The notes: generated from the letters alone by a model not told the origin. A stretch of 64,000 nucleotides of DNA from Macrostomum lignano (GCA_002269645.1 NIVC01001087.1:186001-250000), one strand, 5' to 3'. Positions 45,205 to 57,469 are shown, numbered from the stretch's first letter. Translations and numbers: made by a program.

Positions 45205-46368
45205 TTCAGTTGCTGAGCCAGCCTCCCAGATCCTCAGTTGCTGGGCCAGCCTCCCAAATCCTCAGTTGCTAGGCCAGCCTCCCAGATCCTCAGTTGCTGG
45301 GCCAGCCTCCCAGATCCTCAGTTGCTGGGCCAGCCTCCCAGATCCTCAGTTGCTGGGCCAGCCTCCCAGATCCTCAGTTGCTGGGCCAGCCTCCCAGATC
45401 CTCAGTTGCTGGGCCAGCCTCCCAGATCCTCAGTTGCTGGGTCAGCCTACCAGATCCTCAGTTGCTGGGCCAGCCTCCCAGATCCTCAGTTGCTGGGCCA
45501 GCCTCCCAAATCCCCAGTTGCTGGGCCAGCCTCTCAAATCCTCAGTTGCTGGGCTAGCCTCTCAGAGTGTCAGTTGCTGGGCCAGCCTCCCAGATCCCCA
45601 GTTGCTGGGCCAGCCTCCCAGATCCTCAGTTGCTGGGCCAGCCTCCCAGATCCTCAGTTGCTGGGCCAGCCTCCCAGATCCCCAGTTGCTGGGCCAGCCT
45701 CCCAGATCCCCAGTTGCTGGGCCAGCCTCCCAGATCCTCAGTTGCTGGGCCAGCCTCCCAGAGTGTCAGTTGCTGGGCCAGCCTCCCAGATCCTCAGTTG
45801 CTGGGCCAGCCTCCCAGATCCTCAGTTGCTGGGCCAGCCTCCCAGATCCTCAGTTGCTGGGCCAGCCTCCCAGATCCCCAGTTGCTAGGCCAGCCTCCCA
45901 GATCCCCAGTTGCTGGGCCAGCCTCCCAGATCCTCAGTTGCTGGGCCAGCCTCCCAGATTCTCAGTTGCTGGGCCAGCCCTCCCAGATCCTCAGTTGCTG
46001 GGCCAGCCTCCCAGATCCCCAGTTGCTGGGCCAGCCTCCCAGATCCCCAGTTGCTGGGCCAGCCTCCCAGATCCTCAGTTGCTGGGCCAGCCTCCCAGAT
46101 CCCCAGTTGCTGGGCCAGCCTCCCAGATCCTCAGTTGCTGGGCCAGCCTTCCAGATCCTCAGTTGCTGGGCTAGCCTCTCAGAGTGTCAGTTGCTGGGCC
46201 AGCCTCCCAGAGTGTCAGTTGCTGGGCCAGCCTCCCAGATCCTCAGTTGCTGGGCCAGCCTCCCAGATCCTCAGTTGCTGGGCCAGCCTCCCAGATCCTC
46301 AGTTGCTGGGCTAGCCTCTCAGAGTGTCAGTTGCTGGGCCAGCCTCCCAGATCCCCAGTTGCTGGGCC
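45205..46368. repeat. 28-bp minisatellite family, array C (opposite orientation on the + strand), about 41 copies
   Basis: Unit ATCCTCAGTTGCTGGGCCAGCCTCCCAG, the reverse complement of arrays A, B and D. Confidence 0.97.
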
Positions 46369-46481
46369 ACTTCTACCTGACTATCTGCAGAATTAATAAA
46401 TTATCTCCTTCCTAATAAAAACTGTTTTTATAAATGTATTCTACTAGCTAAGATAAAATGTTTAATGTGAATAACAGTCAC

Positions 46482-49400
46482 TCAGGCAGGACAGGTAAAT
46501 CTTCGCTTTCTAGCTCTTTTATTGTGGCCACCAGTCTGCCGCTGCGCCCTCTCAGGTGCGAGTCCTGCCCGAGCAGCGGTGCTGGACTTCCTTCGACACT
46601 GGCGCAGGTCGGTGACGACATTCTTGTCTGTCAACGTTGATTCCACCTCGACCTTGTTGGCCTCGAGTGGATCAGGTCTCGGGTTTGCGGTTCTGCAGGC
46701 GGCCTGCTGTCGGTAACTTGGCGAGCACTGCATCGACATCAGCCGCATGCAGTGTGACAGGCTGTCTTTGGAAGAATTTCTCAAAGGAGTAAAACGGTCT
46801 TGACTACTTCCGGAAGTTGGCTGCTGTTTCACTTCACTACCGGAAGTTGGTTTTGTTGAACCCGGCTGTGGAACCCTGCGGAATTAATGAACTATAAGTT
46901 AGTGTAGTTTATTCTGTGGTTAAACTATAGGATAGCCCATTCCAATGAAAACTATTCAAATGGTTCAAATTTAATCTATGGTCAAAACACCGTCTATTAT
47001 CTGTGTGGCACTCTGCAGGATCTCAAGGAATGGCGTTCCATGGTGCTGCAGCAGAATCGTGGATCCAGGCGTGCGGATGCTATCACGCGGTTGCTAAGAG
47101 TGCAGCCAAATTTGCTCACACACTTGCTCACGCTTCCTGCTTGATCGCTGTTTGGCCTGTGAAAATATCTCATTTGGTCTGACAGTTGCAAAATCTTTCG
47201 CTTCCTGGGTAACAGGATGCACCATTCTATCTAATATGGTTCTGAGTTTAAAGTCTGAATTCAACGCTCTCCCCAATACACGGTTTTGGCCATAGACAAT
47301 GGTCGAATAGTGGGTTGAATATGGTTGACCGTGTCTTTTGAATTCTCTACTTAAAATGCATTCTCTAACCTTGAAACATTACAACACACAATCATTCGCG
47401 TAAGGTGATCTATCGATATGTGAAGCTGGATTTTAGTTTTCGTTTTAATAATGAAATTATTGTCAACTTTTTTTAGTCTTGCACTCCTGTGCCTATCAAT
47501 TATTGGTAAGTTTGCTGTTTAATCTTAGCTTTTTTGAGAACATCTGATGAAAGCGTCCCTAGCAACCCATACAAACATTCAAGTTTCTGTAGCTTAAAGT
47601 AAACTAGCAAGTATTGTAATTCCTCAAGAGTCCCTAGCAGCCATTGAACACATTCAAAGCGTCCCTAGAAACCAATGCACGCCCTCAAAGCGTCTATAGC
47701 AACAATTCTATACATTCAAGTGACTAGTAGCAACCAACGGACACTCCAAAGCGTCCCTAGCAACCATACTCCACCGAAAAGCGTCCCTAGCAACCAATGG
47801 ATACTCTTAAAGCGTCCCTAGCTAGCAACCATACTCCACCGAAAAGCGTCCCTAGCAACCAATAGATACCCTTAAAGCATCCCTAGCAACCAATGGACAC
47901 CCTTTACGAGTCCTTAGCAACCATTCACCACGTTTAAAGCATCCCTAACAGCCAATGGACACCCTACCCTTAAACCGTCCCTAGCAACCAATTTATACAC
48001 TTAAAGCGTTCCTAACAACCAATGGACACCATTTCCTAAGCCTTAGCAACCATTCGCCACCTTTAAAGCATTCCTAACAACCAATGGTATGGACACCCTA
48101 CCCTAAAAGCGTCCCTAGCAACCAATAAACACCCCAATAAGCAACCAATGGAAACCCCAAAGCTTCCTAGAAACAATTAGAAACCCTCAAGTGACTCTAG
48201 CAACCAATTTGAACCTTCAAAGAGTCCCTAGCAACCCATAGATACAGGCTTCAAGCAACCTAAGCAACGTACCCTTAAAAATCCCAAGACATTATTCAAC
48301 ACTTTAAGAAGCGACACTGGCACTCGACTGCCACCACTACAACAACAAATTATTTGGACTTCGAGTGGACACAGGGCCGGCCATCTGCATTCCCGGACAC
48401 TCTTGCGTCCTGTTGATATATAAAACTGGACAGGTAAACATTTTAATTGGGCTCTGATTGCTTTAATCACACGTGTCTCTAGCCTGTTAGAAAAACTATT
48501 AATTATTCAATGACTGCCCGGCTCTGTTAAAGCTTATACGTGTAGATTAGTTTATAAAAATTTAAGCCCTTCAAGACTTCCTTAAAAATATTTTTAATGA
48601 CACCCCCATCAAATGACATGGCGCCCAATCAAGTGAAATGGCGCCTCCCCCATCAAATGAAATGGCGCCCCATATCAAATGAGATGGCGCCCCATATCAA
48701 ATGAGATGGCGCCCCATATCAAATGAGATGGCGCCCCATATCAAATGAGATGGCGCCCCATATCAAATGAGATGGCGCCCCATATAAAAAAAAATGGCGC
48801 CCCCATGAAATGAAATGGCGCCCCATATCAAAATAAAAAATGGCGCCCCCATCAAATGAAATGGCACCACCCCCATTAAATGAAATGGTGCCCCACATCA
48901 GATAAAAATGGCGCCCCCCATCAAATGAAAATGGCGTCCCCATCAAATTAAAATGGCGCCCCCATCAAATAAAAATGGCGCCCCCCATCAAATGAAATGG
49001 CGTCCCCCATCAAATGAAAATGGCGTCCCCATCAAATGAAAATGGCGCCCCCATCAAATGAAAATGGCGCCCCCCATCAAATGAAAATGGCGCCCCCACA
49101 ATCTAAGATTGACTTTTAAAAGTATTAAGAACTTATTTGGACAACACAGCTAAAAATCGGAGCCATAAACGCCAACAATTGCATACATATAGGAAGGCGG
49201 CATCTGCGGCACCTGCATATACGTGAAAGCCAAGCTAAAAGTTCTGGGCCTGGCCAACGACACCATCATCAAATGCGAAGAGTGCTCGGAAGATTTGTGC
49301 AATATAAAAAAGTTCACAAGCAGAACGGGTGCGTCAAGTGTGCTGACTCTTGCGGCCGGACTTGCGGTGCTGATAACAGTGCCTTGGCTCACGTGACCTA

Positions 49401-49549
49401 CACTGGGCTGTTTGATTTTTTTAGTTGACCCCGGAGGTCAATTATTTTCTTTAAATATACACGCGTGAACACAACATGCGGGACTCTGACGAAAAGTTGC
49501 TTTTCAATCGTACAGTTTTATATTAATTTTCAGACAGACAGACATCCAC

Positions 49550-49600
<51 letters not shown>

Positions 49601-49603
49601 GCC

Positions 49604-49636
<33 letters not shown>

Positions 49637-49787
49637 CACAAACAGACAGACAGCCAGACAGACAGACAGACAGACACACAGGCAGACAGACAGACAGCCA
49701 GACAGACAGACAGCCAGACAGACAGACAGCCAGACAGACAGACAGACACTAAGACACTAAGACAGACAGACAGACAGCCAGCCAGCC

Positions 49788-49844
<57 letters not shown>

Positions 49845-49867
49845 GCCAGACAGACAGACAGCCAGCC

Positions 49868-49940
<73 letters not shown>

Positions 49941-50668
49941 GCCAGACAGACTTACACCTCGGTGGCTCCCAGCGCAGACCGCACAGCCTCTCCGCTTGCC
50001 GCTATGCAGGCGGTCAGGCCAGCGGCATTCCTGGCCGCACCAATCGGCACCCCGAAGGCCGAGTGCCAGCCAAGCAGCTGCTGCACGCAGCGCTGACAGC
50101 CGGCAGCGGCGGCCAGGTGCAGGCAGGTGTCGCCGGCAGAGTCGGCAGCCAGGAGGTTCAGCCGCATCGGCACCGAGTCAGCTGCCAGCATCAAAGCCAA
50201 ATCCTCCGGCCGTCCGAGCGCGCAGGACCAAGCCAGGGGTGTCCGGCCGAACAGGGGATCCGGCCGGCCCAGCGGATCGGCTCCGTGATGGAGCAGCAGG
50301 CGCAGCAGCTTCAGCCGCTTTCGGGTCAGCTGAGCCACCTCAGATTCGCAGCCACCGTCGGGCAGAGTTGCCGCAATCAGCAGGGGTGTCAAGCCATCGA
50401 CAGGATCAACCAGGCTGTCAGTTGGTCGGCAGCCCATCGCGACAATCGAATGCCGACATGCTCGAAGGTCGCAAGCTCGAATCCCAGCTAGTAGGTCTCT
50501 AGCCAGATGAGAATTCGTAGCAGTGACGATGAAGAAGCGTCGGCCACTGTGGTTGCTAGGCAACGGGGCGAGCCAGGGTAGGCCTCGACCCGAGGAAACG
50601 GGAACTCTACCAGGAGACTCTGAGCCGCTGCGATGGCCAACAAAAGCAGCAGTCGCTGTGGGGTACAT
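46482..50668 (-). CDS. Ankyrin-repeat protein of unknown subfamily; 3' end uncertain
   Basis: Exon 1 49956-50668: ATG in caacaATG context, ankyrin repeats (GLTPLLIAA...LLLHHGADP; [12 protein letters not shown]; [21 protein letters not shown]) and a perfect GTAAGT donor (phase 2). Exon 2 47132-47349: ttttaag acceptor, in phase, GTGAGC donor. The terminal exon lies in 46482-46875, but its frame is ambiguous (stop at 46829 or at 46482). Confidence 0.7.
47451..49396 (+). CDS. Ly6/uPAR (three-finger, LU-domain)-type GPI-anchored protein, 3 exons, 127 aa, nested antisense in ankyrin-gene intron 1
   Basis: Exons 47451-47505 (signal peptide [18 protein letters not shown], donor gtaagt), 48309-48433 ([10 protein letters not shown]...C...C..., donor gtaaac) and 49193-49396 (GICGTC...[11 protein letters not shown], then ...[23 protein letters not shown]). 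Phases 1 and 0 are consistent. There are 8 Cys ending in the CN motif and a hydrophobic GPI-type tail. Absent from the ORF track. Confidence 0.88.
47550..48240. repeat. Degenerate ~33-bp array with a conserved CCTAGCAAC core, Ly6 intron 1
   Basis: About 20 units, with eight exact CCTAGCAAC copies and variable spacers. Confidence 0.85.
48600..49100. repeat. About 22-bp minisatellite (ATGGCGCCCCATATCAAATGAG), Ly6 intron 2
   Basis: Direct inspection. Confidence 0.92.
49531..49950. repeat. (GACA)n microsatellite abutting the ankyrin exon-1 donor
   Basis: Direct inspection. Confidence 0.96.
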
Positions 50669-51004
50669 TGTTGCTGGGATGCAATTGTGCACAGCAGGCA
50701 CCACCGCGAGAGGGGGCTGATGACGGACTGGTACTTATCTGTTTAAATACTTGCCTAGCAGTGCTTAAATGTGTTTGGCTTGAGCAAATAGGCACAGGCA
50801 ATGCGAGAGCGATAGGGCCATGCCAGCGTTCTGGACACGCCATGCCGTTTTTAGGCTATCGCGATGCTTTGTAAGCGTTTGTTTTCCACCTAGCTGAGGT
50901 AGAGGTCTTGCGACTCATTTGTCCTGCCGACTTGCTGAGATTAGAACTTGCCGGCGCTGCCGCGATAAAAGTAATCACCTTGAAATGTCTGCTTGTAAAA
51001 CCTG

Positions 51005-51240
51005 GAATCTGGGAGGCTGGCCCAGCAACTGAGGATCTGGAGGCTGGCCCAGCAACTGAGGATCTGGGAGGCTGGCCCAGCAACTGACACTCTGGGAGGC
51101 TGGCCCAGCAACTGACACTCTGGGAGGCTGGCCCAGCAACTGAGGATCTGGGAGGCTGGCCCAGCAACTGAGGATCGGGGAGGCTGGCCCAGCAACTGAG
51201 GATCTGGGAGGCTGGCCCAGCAACTGAGGATCTGGGAGTA
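51005..51240. repeat. 28-bp minisatellite family, array D (upstream of the ankyrin ATG)
   Basis: Same unit as arrays A and B, about 8 copies. On the minus strand it ends in an acceptor-like ...CCCAGATTCCAG| at 51002. Confidence 0.95.
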
Positions 51241-51341
51241 GAATTAGAAAATTAAAAACAGACATTAAAAAATTCAGCTGATTGAGCAACAATGGCTTTG
51301 ATATCAATCACTGTTAAACCTGCAGTCCATCAGTCAGTATA

Positions 51342-53274
51342 TCTCTACATATAAAAATCAAAACTCTGTGTGTGTGTGTGTCTGTCTGTGTGTGGACAAT
51401 TTTGATCACTATGGACTCCCAAACCGCTCAACCAAATGACACCAAATTTTACACCCACCCTAAACTCACTACGGAGAATGTCTTAGGCTACTTTTTAATT
51501 TCCTAAATTTGAGTCTTCCCACCTAAAAGTGCAAAAAACTGCTCAAAATGCGCGATTTTTTTACTAAAGCCTCCTTAGCGCCGCTCCACTTCTACCGATC
51601 CTCTTCAAATTTGACACAATCAATTTTCAACTATTTTGACACAATCGTGTAAAATTTCGAGTCTCAAAGTTAATCCTGAAAGCCGCTGTGCACTTTTAAA
51701 GTTAGGCTGTTTTTTTCAGCGAGGCAGCCACCCCAACCTCCGCCCGCCTGCCTCTCTTTCCCGATCTGGGCAAAGGGTGTGAATAGGTTTTAAAATGACT
51801 AACTTTCGGCTGCCATAAGTTTGCTCCACGTGAAGCGATTGACTTCTAACTTAACACAATTCTTCTTTGATTCATTCTCTGTCTAAATGTAAAGTTTCAA
51901 CTCTCTAACTCAATCAGAACAGAAACTGTAAGCATGTGAAGTTTGTCTGCTTTTTCTGTTGTTTGTGCCACTCACTCACTCATTCCCCCAGAGCCAGACG
52001 AAGGGTCAGGCGATAGGGCTCAATGTACATAGCGAGTGTACAGTGTTTTGGAATAACTTTTTAATAGCCTTCTCTGTACCCCCGCGCGTGGAGAGGCTAC
52101 ATTTAGCCATGACAGTTTAGTGAGAAATTCTAACCACTGTCCTCTGTATTGGCAAACTCTGCAGCAGTTTAACAGTGGATGGCAAATCGAGGGAATCCAG
52201 CATGGTTTGTAAAAGCGAAAGATTTATGAAAAGGCGATGCGATGCAATGCAATACAACCCTACTAAATTAGGCACACTATGGAAATTTTAGGTTTCTTTT
52301 AAAGGTACTGTGTAAATATTAAATGGCCTCCTAAGAAATGCGTATTTCCTTGGTTGTTAGACTGATGCAGACTGCAGTGGAGCTGAAGATACACAAATTC
52401 CTTTCAGGGCTGCAAATTGGCAAGAAAGATGACGTGATCAAAGCATGAGAACAACCATGAGAGTACTACGTCCCACAAACTGGCTTTCCAAGCAGGGATG
52501 GGCAGACTTTTACCTCAAAGACCAGATAAAGAACCAGCTCATAGCTGAGGGGCAGATGAAAGTGGAAAGAAGGAATAGACGATTCGAAGAGAGGAGAGGC
52601 GACAGAGGGGATAAAAGAAAAGATAAAAGATAATAGTAGAGATGAGGGGGTGAGGACGATGAGAGAGAGGGGGAGAAGAGGGGAGAGAGGAAAAGCGAGA
52701 GGAGAGAGGAGAGATGAGAGAGCAGAGAGCTGCAGATGAGAGGAGAGAGGAGACAGCAGAGAGGAGAGCAGAGAGGAAACAGGTGAAAGAAGAGATGAGA
52801 GTAAAGGGAAGAGAGAAGAGATAAAGATACATCTCTACATCTCTAAGGTTGTAGAGATGAGAGAGGTGGAAGGAGAGATGAGAAATGAGAGATAACGGAG
52901 AGAGGAGAGTGGAGTGAGAGAAGAGAGGGAGACAGAGTATAGACAAGGAAAGAGAAGAGAAAAGAAGAAAGGAGAAAGGAAAGTGAGGAGTCAAAAGAGG
53001 GGAAAGAAAAGAGTACAGATGAGAGAGGTGAGAGAACATATAAGACAGAGATGCCAGATTAAAGAGAGGGATGAGAGAGTAGAGACGAGAGTGAACAGAT
53101 AAAAGATGGGAGAGTAGAGAGAACAGAGGAGAGGTTACAGAGACGAGAGGAGAGAGGAGAGACAAGGTAGAGAAGTGAGTGAGGAGAGAGGAGAGGAAAG
53201 AGGAGAATTGAGAGGGGAGAGAGTAGAGAGAGGAGGAGAGATAAGAGAGAAAGACAGAGAGACAGAGAAAGAGA

Positions 53275-53353
<79 letters not shown>

Positions 53354-53363
53354 GAGAGAAAGA

Positions 53364-53441
<78 letters not shown>

Positions 53442-53460
53442 AGAGATAAGAGAGAAAGAC

Positions 53461-53517
<57 letters not shown>

Positions 53518-54235
53518 AGAGATAAGAGAGAAAGACAGAGAAGAGAGAGAGAGGGAGAGAGAGAGAGGGGGGAGCAGAGAGAAATGAGAAGAGATAAGAG
53601 AGAAAAGATAAAAGAAGAGAAAGGAAAGATAAGAGAGCAAAGACGAGAGAGAAAAGAGGTGAGGGAAGAGACGAGAGAAGAGGGGAGAGATGAGAGAGTA
53701 GAGGAGAGAGTTAAGAGAAGAGAGAAAAGGATAAAAAGGAGAAGGAAGATAAGAGAGAAGAGGGGGTGAGAGGAGAGAGGAGAGAGGAGAGGAGAGAGAA
53801 AAGAAGAGACAAGAGAGGAGATAAGAGAGATGAAAGAGAAGAGAGATGAGGGAAGATACGAGAGAAGAGGGGAGAGAGGAGAGACGAGAGACGAGAGACG
53901 AGGGACGAGAGAGATGAGAGGAAACAAAGAGAGTAAGAGACGATAGAAATTTTAAAGGATCCAAGGGACGTAGGGAGAGTCAGGGAGAGACCAGAGTTTA
54001 GCAATATATGTTTTAGAGTCAGACAGACATTGCCTGACATTCTGCGCAGTACCCCAGCCAACAATGTCTCAAACCCAAATTTTACACGAATGTGCTCCAT
54101 TTTATGTCTACCTCTATCCTACTAACTATTAACAAGTTTTTGTTTGTGTATGGCCTTAGATTTCAGAATACATGCAAAAGTAGTTCCGGGTATTGGAATT
54201 CCCCGGGTTCAAAATCCGCGGGTTTCAACAGCTTG
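51342..54235 (+). mobile_element. Non-autonomous Helitron-like element, copy 2 (about 2.9 kb)
   Basis: A|TCTCTACATATAAAAATC start, (TG)n/(TCTG), the same body and tail as copy 1, ending ...CCGCGGGTTTCAACAGCTTG. Confidence 0.8.
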
Positions 54236-57103
54236 TCTCTAACTATAAAAATCAAAACTCTGTGTGTGTGTGTGTGTGTCTGTGTGTGGACAATTTTGAT
54301 CGCTATGGACTCCCAAACCGCTCAACCAAATTACACCAAACTTTACACCCACCCTAAACTTACTACGGAGAATGTCTTAGGCTACCTTTTAATTTCCTAA
54401 ATTTGAGTCTTCCTACCTAAAAGTGCAAAAAACTGCTCAAAATGCGCAATTTTTTCACTAAATCCTCCATAGCGCCGCTCCACTTCTACCGATTCTCTTC
54501 AAATTTGACACAGACAATTTTCAACTATTTTGGCACAATCATGTAAAATATCGAGTCTTAAAGTTAATCCTGAACGGCGCTGTGCACTTTTAAAGTTTGG
54601 CTGTTTTTTTCAGCGAGGCAGCCACCCCAACCTCCGCCCGCCTGCCTCTCTTTCCCGATCTGGGCAAAGGGTGTGAGTAGGTTTTAAAATGCCTAACTTT
54701 CGGCTGCCATAAGTTTTCTCCACGTGAAGCGATTGACTTCAAATTTGACACAATTCTTTATTGACTCATTCTTTGCCTACATGTAAAGTCTCAACTCTGT
54801 ATCTCAATCAGGACAGAAACTGTAAGCATGTGAATTTTGTCTGATTTTTCTGTTGTTTGTGCCTCTCACTCACTCATTCCCCCAGCCCAGACGAAGGGTC
54901 AGGCGATAGGGCTCAATGTACTTAGCGAATGTACAGTGTTTTGGAATAACTTTTTAATAGCCTTCTCGGCACCCCGCGCGCGGAGAGGCGTGGAGAGGAG
55001 AGACAGTTTCAGCGAGAGATTCAAACCACTGTCCTCTGTATAGACAAGTCTGCAGCCGTTTAACAGTGGATGGCAAATCAAGGCGATGTGGGATGGTTTG
55101 TAAAAATAGCGAAAAATTAATGAATAACTGATTAGTAGTGATTACAATGCAATCCTACTAAATTAGTTACACCATGAAAATTTTAACATCAAGATTCGCA
55201 TAATGTAACTTTAAAATTTAAATGGCTCCTAAGAAATACGTATTTCCTTGGTTGCTAGACTGCTGCAGACTGTGGTGGTGGAGCTGGGCTGGAGGGAGAT
55301 ACACAAATTACTCTCAGGGCTGCTAATTGGCCAGAAATATGATGTGATTAAAGCATAACAACTATGAGAGTACTACGTTCCACAAACGCTTTCGAAGCGG
55401 GGATTGACAGACTTTAACCTCAAATGCCAGATAAAGAATCAAACTCATGGCTGATGAGATGAGAGTGAAAAGGAGAAGGAATAGACTATAAGAAGAGAGG
55501 AGAAGCGAGAGAACAGAGAAAAGATAGAAGACAAGAAGAGAGATGATGGGGTAAGGATAAGGAGTGAGCAGATAATATTGGAGTAAGAAGCGAGAGGAGG
55601 GGAGAGAGAAGAGAGAGGAAAGAGTAGAAGTGAGAAGAGGGAGAGAGAAGATGGGAGAGATGCGACAGGATCGATGACAGAGGAGAGCAGAGAAGAGTGA
55701 GAAGAGAGTAGAGATGAGAGATGAAGGAGGAGAGAGCAGAGTGCAGAAAGGCGAGAGAAGAGAATAGAGGGGAGAGAGTATAGAAGAGAGAAGAGAAGAG
55801 GAGTAAGGAAAGAGAGTAATCAGAGGAGGGTAAAGAGAAGAGTACACTGAAGATTGGAGAGTACAGATGGCAGAAAAGAGAGGGGATGAGAGTGAACACG
55901 ATATCTGAGAGGAGAGAGGAGAGAGGAGTCAGATGAGGGGAAAGAGAAGAGTACAGAGGAGAGAGGTGAGAACATACGAGTATACGAGAGTAAAGATGAC
56001 AGATGAGAGAGGGAAGATAAGACTGAGAGAGCAAAGACGAGAGTGAACACACGAGAGATGGGAGAGTAGAGAGAAAAGAGGATAGATAAGAAATAAGAGA
56101 TGAGAGATGAAAGGTGAGACAAAGGAAGAGAGAGACAGAGAAGTGAGTGAGGAAAGAGGAGGGGAGGGGAGAGAATCGAGAGGACAGGGGAAAGAGGGGA
56201 AAGGATGAGAGAGGGGTGAGGAGAGAGAGGGAGAGATAGAGGTAGAGAGCATGCAGAGAGAAATGAGAAGAGATAAGAGAGAAAAGATAAAAGAAGAGAA
56301 AGGAGAGATAGATAAGAGAGCAAAGACGAGAGAGGAGAGGTGAAGGAAGAGACGATAGAAGAGAGGAGAGAAAGACGAGAGAGTACAGAGTACAGAGGAG
56401 GGAGGAGAGGAGAAAGGAGAGAGGAGAAGTGTTCGGAGAGGGTAGAGTAAGGAGTGAGGAGAGGGGAGAGGGAAGAGAGAATAGAGAGTAGAGAGCAGAG
56501 AGAAGATAGTAGAGAGCAGAGAGAAGATAGTGCAGATCGAGCAGAGGGAAGATAGAGTAGAGAGCAGAGAGAAGAGAGAGTAGAGAGCAGAGAGAAAATA
56601 GAGTAGAGAGGAGAGAGTAGAGAGCAGAGAGAAGATAGAATAGAGAGCAGAGAGAAATGGGAAGAGATAAAACAGGAGAAAGGGAGAGATAAGAGAGCAG
56701 AGATGAGAGAGGAGAGGAGAGGAGAGAAAATAATAAGAGGGAATAGACGAGAGAAGAGGGGATAGAGGAGAGAGAGAAGAGACCATAGACCAGAGAAGAG
56801 AGAAAACAGAAGAGAAGGTAGAGATAGAAGTTTCTAAGGATCCAACTTCAAAGGGACACAAGGAGAGGCAGAGGCCATGAGTTTGCCTGACATTCTGTGC
56901 AGCACCCCAACCAACAATATTAATGTTTGCTTCAAATACTAATTGTACATGAATGTACTCTATTTTATGTTTAACTCTATCCTAAATTTCTAACTATTAA
57001 AAAGTTTTTGTTTAAGTATGGGCTCAGATTTCAGAATACATGCAAAAATAGTTCCGGGGGTTGGAATTCCCCGGGTTCAAATTCCGCGGGTTTCAACAGC
57101 TTG
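54236..57103 (+). mobile_element. Non-autonomous Helitron-like element, copy 3, directly head-to-tail after copy 2
   Basis: TCTCTAACTATAAAAATC starts immediately after the CTTG of copy 2; it ends ...CCGCGGGTTTCAACAGCTTG|T at 57103. More diverged than copies 1 and 2. Confidence 0.8.
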
Positions 57104-57469
57104 TTAATTATAATAACCAAATTTATTTTAGAAACAGTCAAAGTCAAACGTCAAAATATGCGTCGCGGGAACAATTAGAAGCAGACAGCACGATAGAAAA
57201 TGCACAGTAGAAATAGGAAATTAACCCTTTTATTTAGATATTTAGATCAGATAGTTAAGATTCAAGATAAAAACTTATCAGCGTGCTATCCGACCAGTCG
57301 ACTAATAACCAAAGTCAAAACAAATCGCAACTGTTGAATTTTTTGTTTAAAGAAAAACACAAAACTTCACTAAGCCAATTTATTTTAAGCTGCCAATGGC
57401 TCATCGTGAAGGAGGACCAGTGAGCTGTCACTCAATCAACTCTCTAAACGCTGACACACCAAAGTCAAT

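Noticed and set aside
47019-47144. Plus-strand exon-like segment [26 protein letters not shown]…*, and an EF-hand-like [11 protein letters not shown] near 46760
   Set aside because: I could not join them into a phase-consistent gene, and they overlap the ankyrin gene's 3' exons on the opposite strand; probably antisense shadows.
49996-50720. Plus-strand ORFs overlapping the ankyrin exon (likewise ORFs antisense to CSPP1, STX6 and TTC13 exons)
   Set aside because: GC-rich antisense or alternative-frame shadows of real exons, with no independent features.
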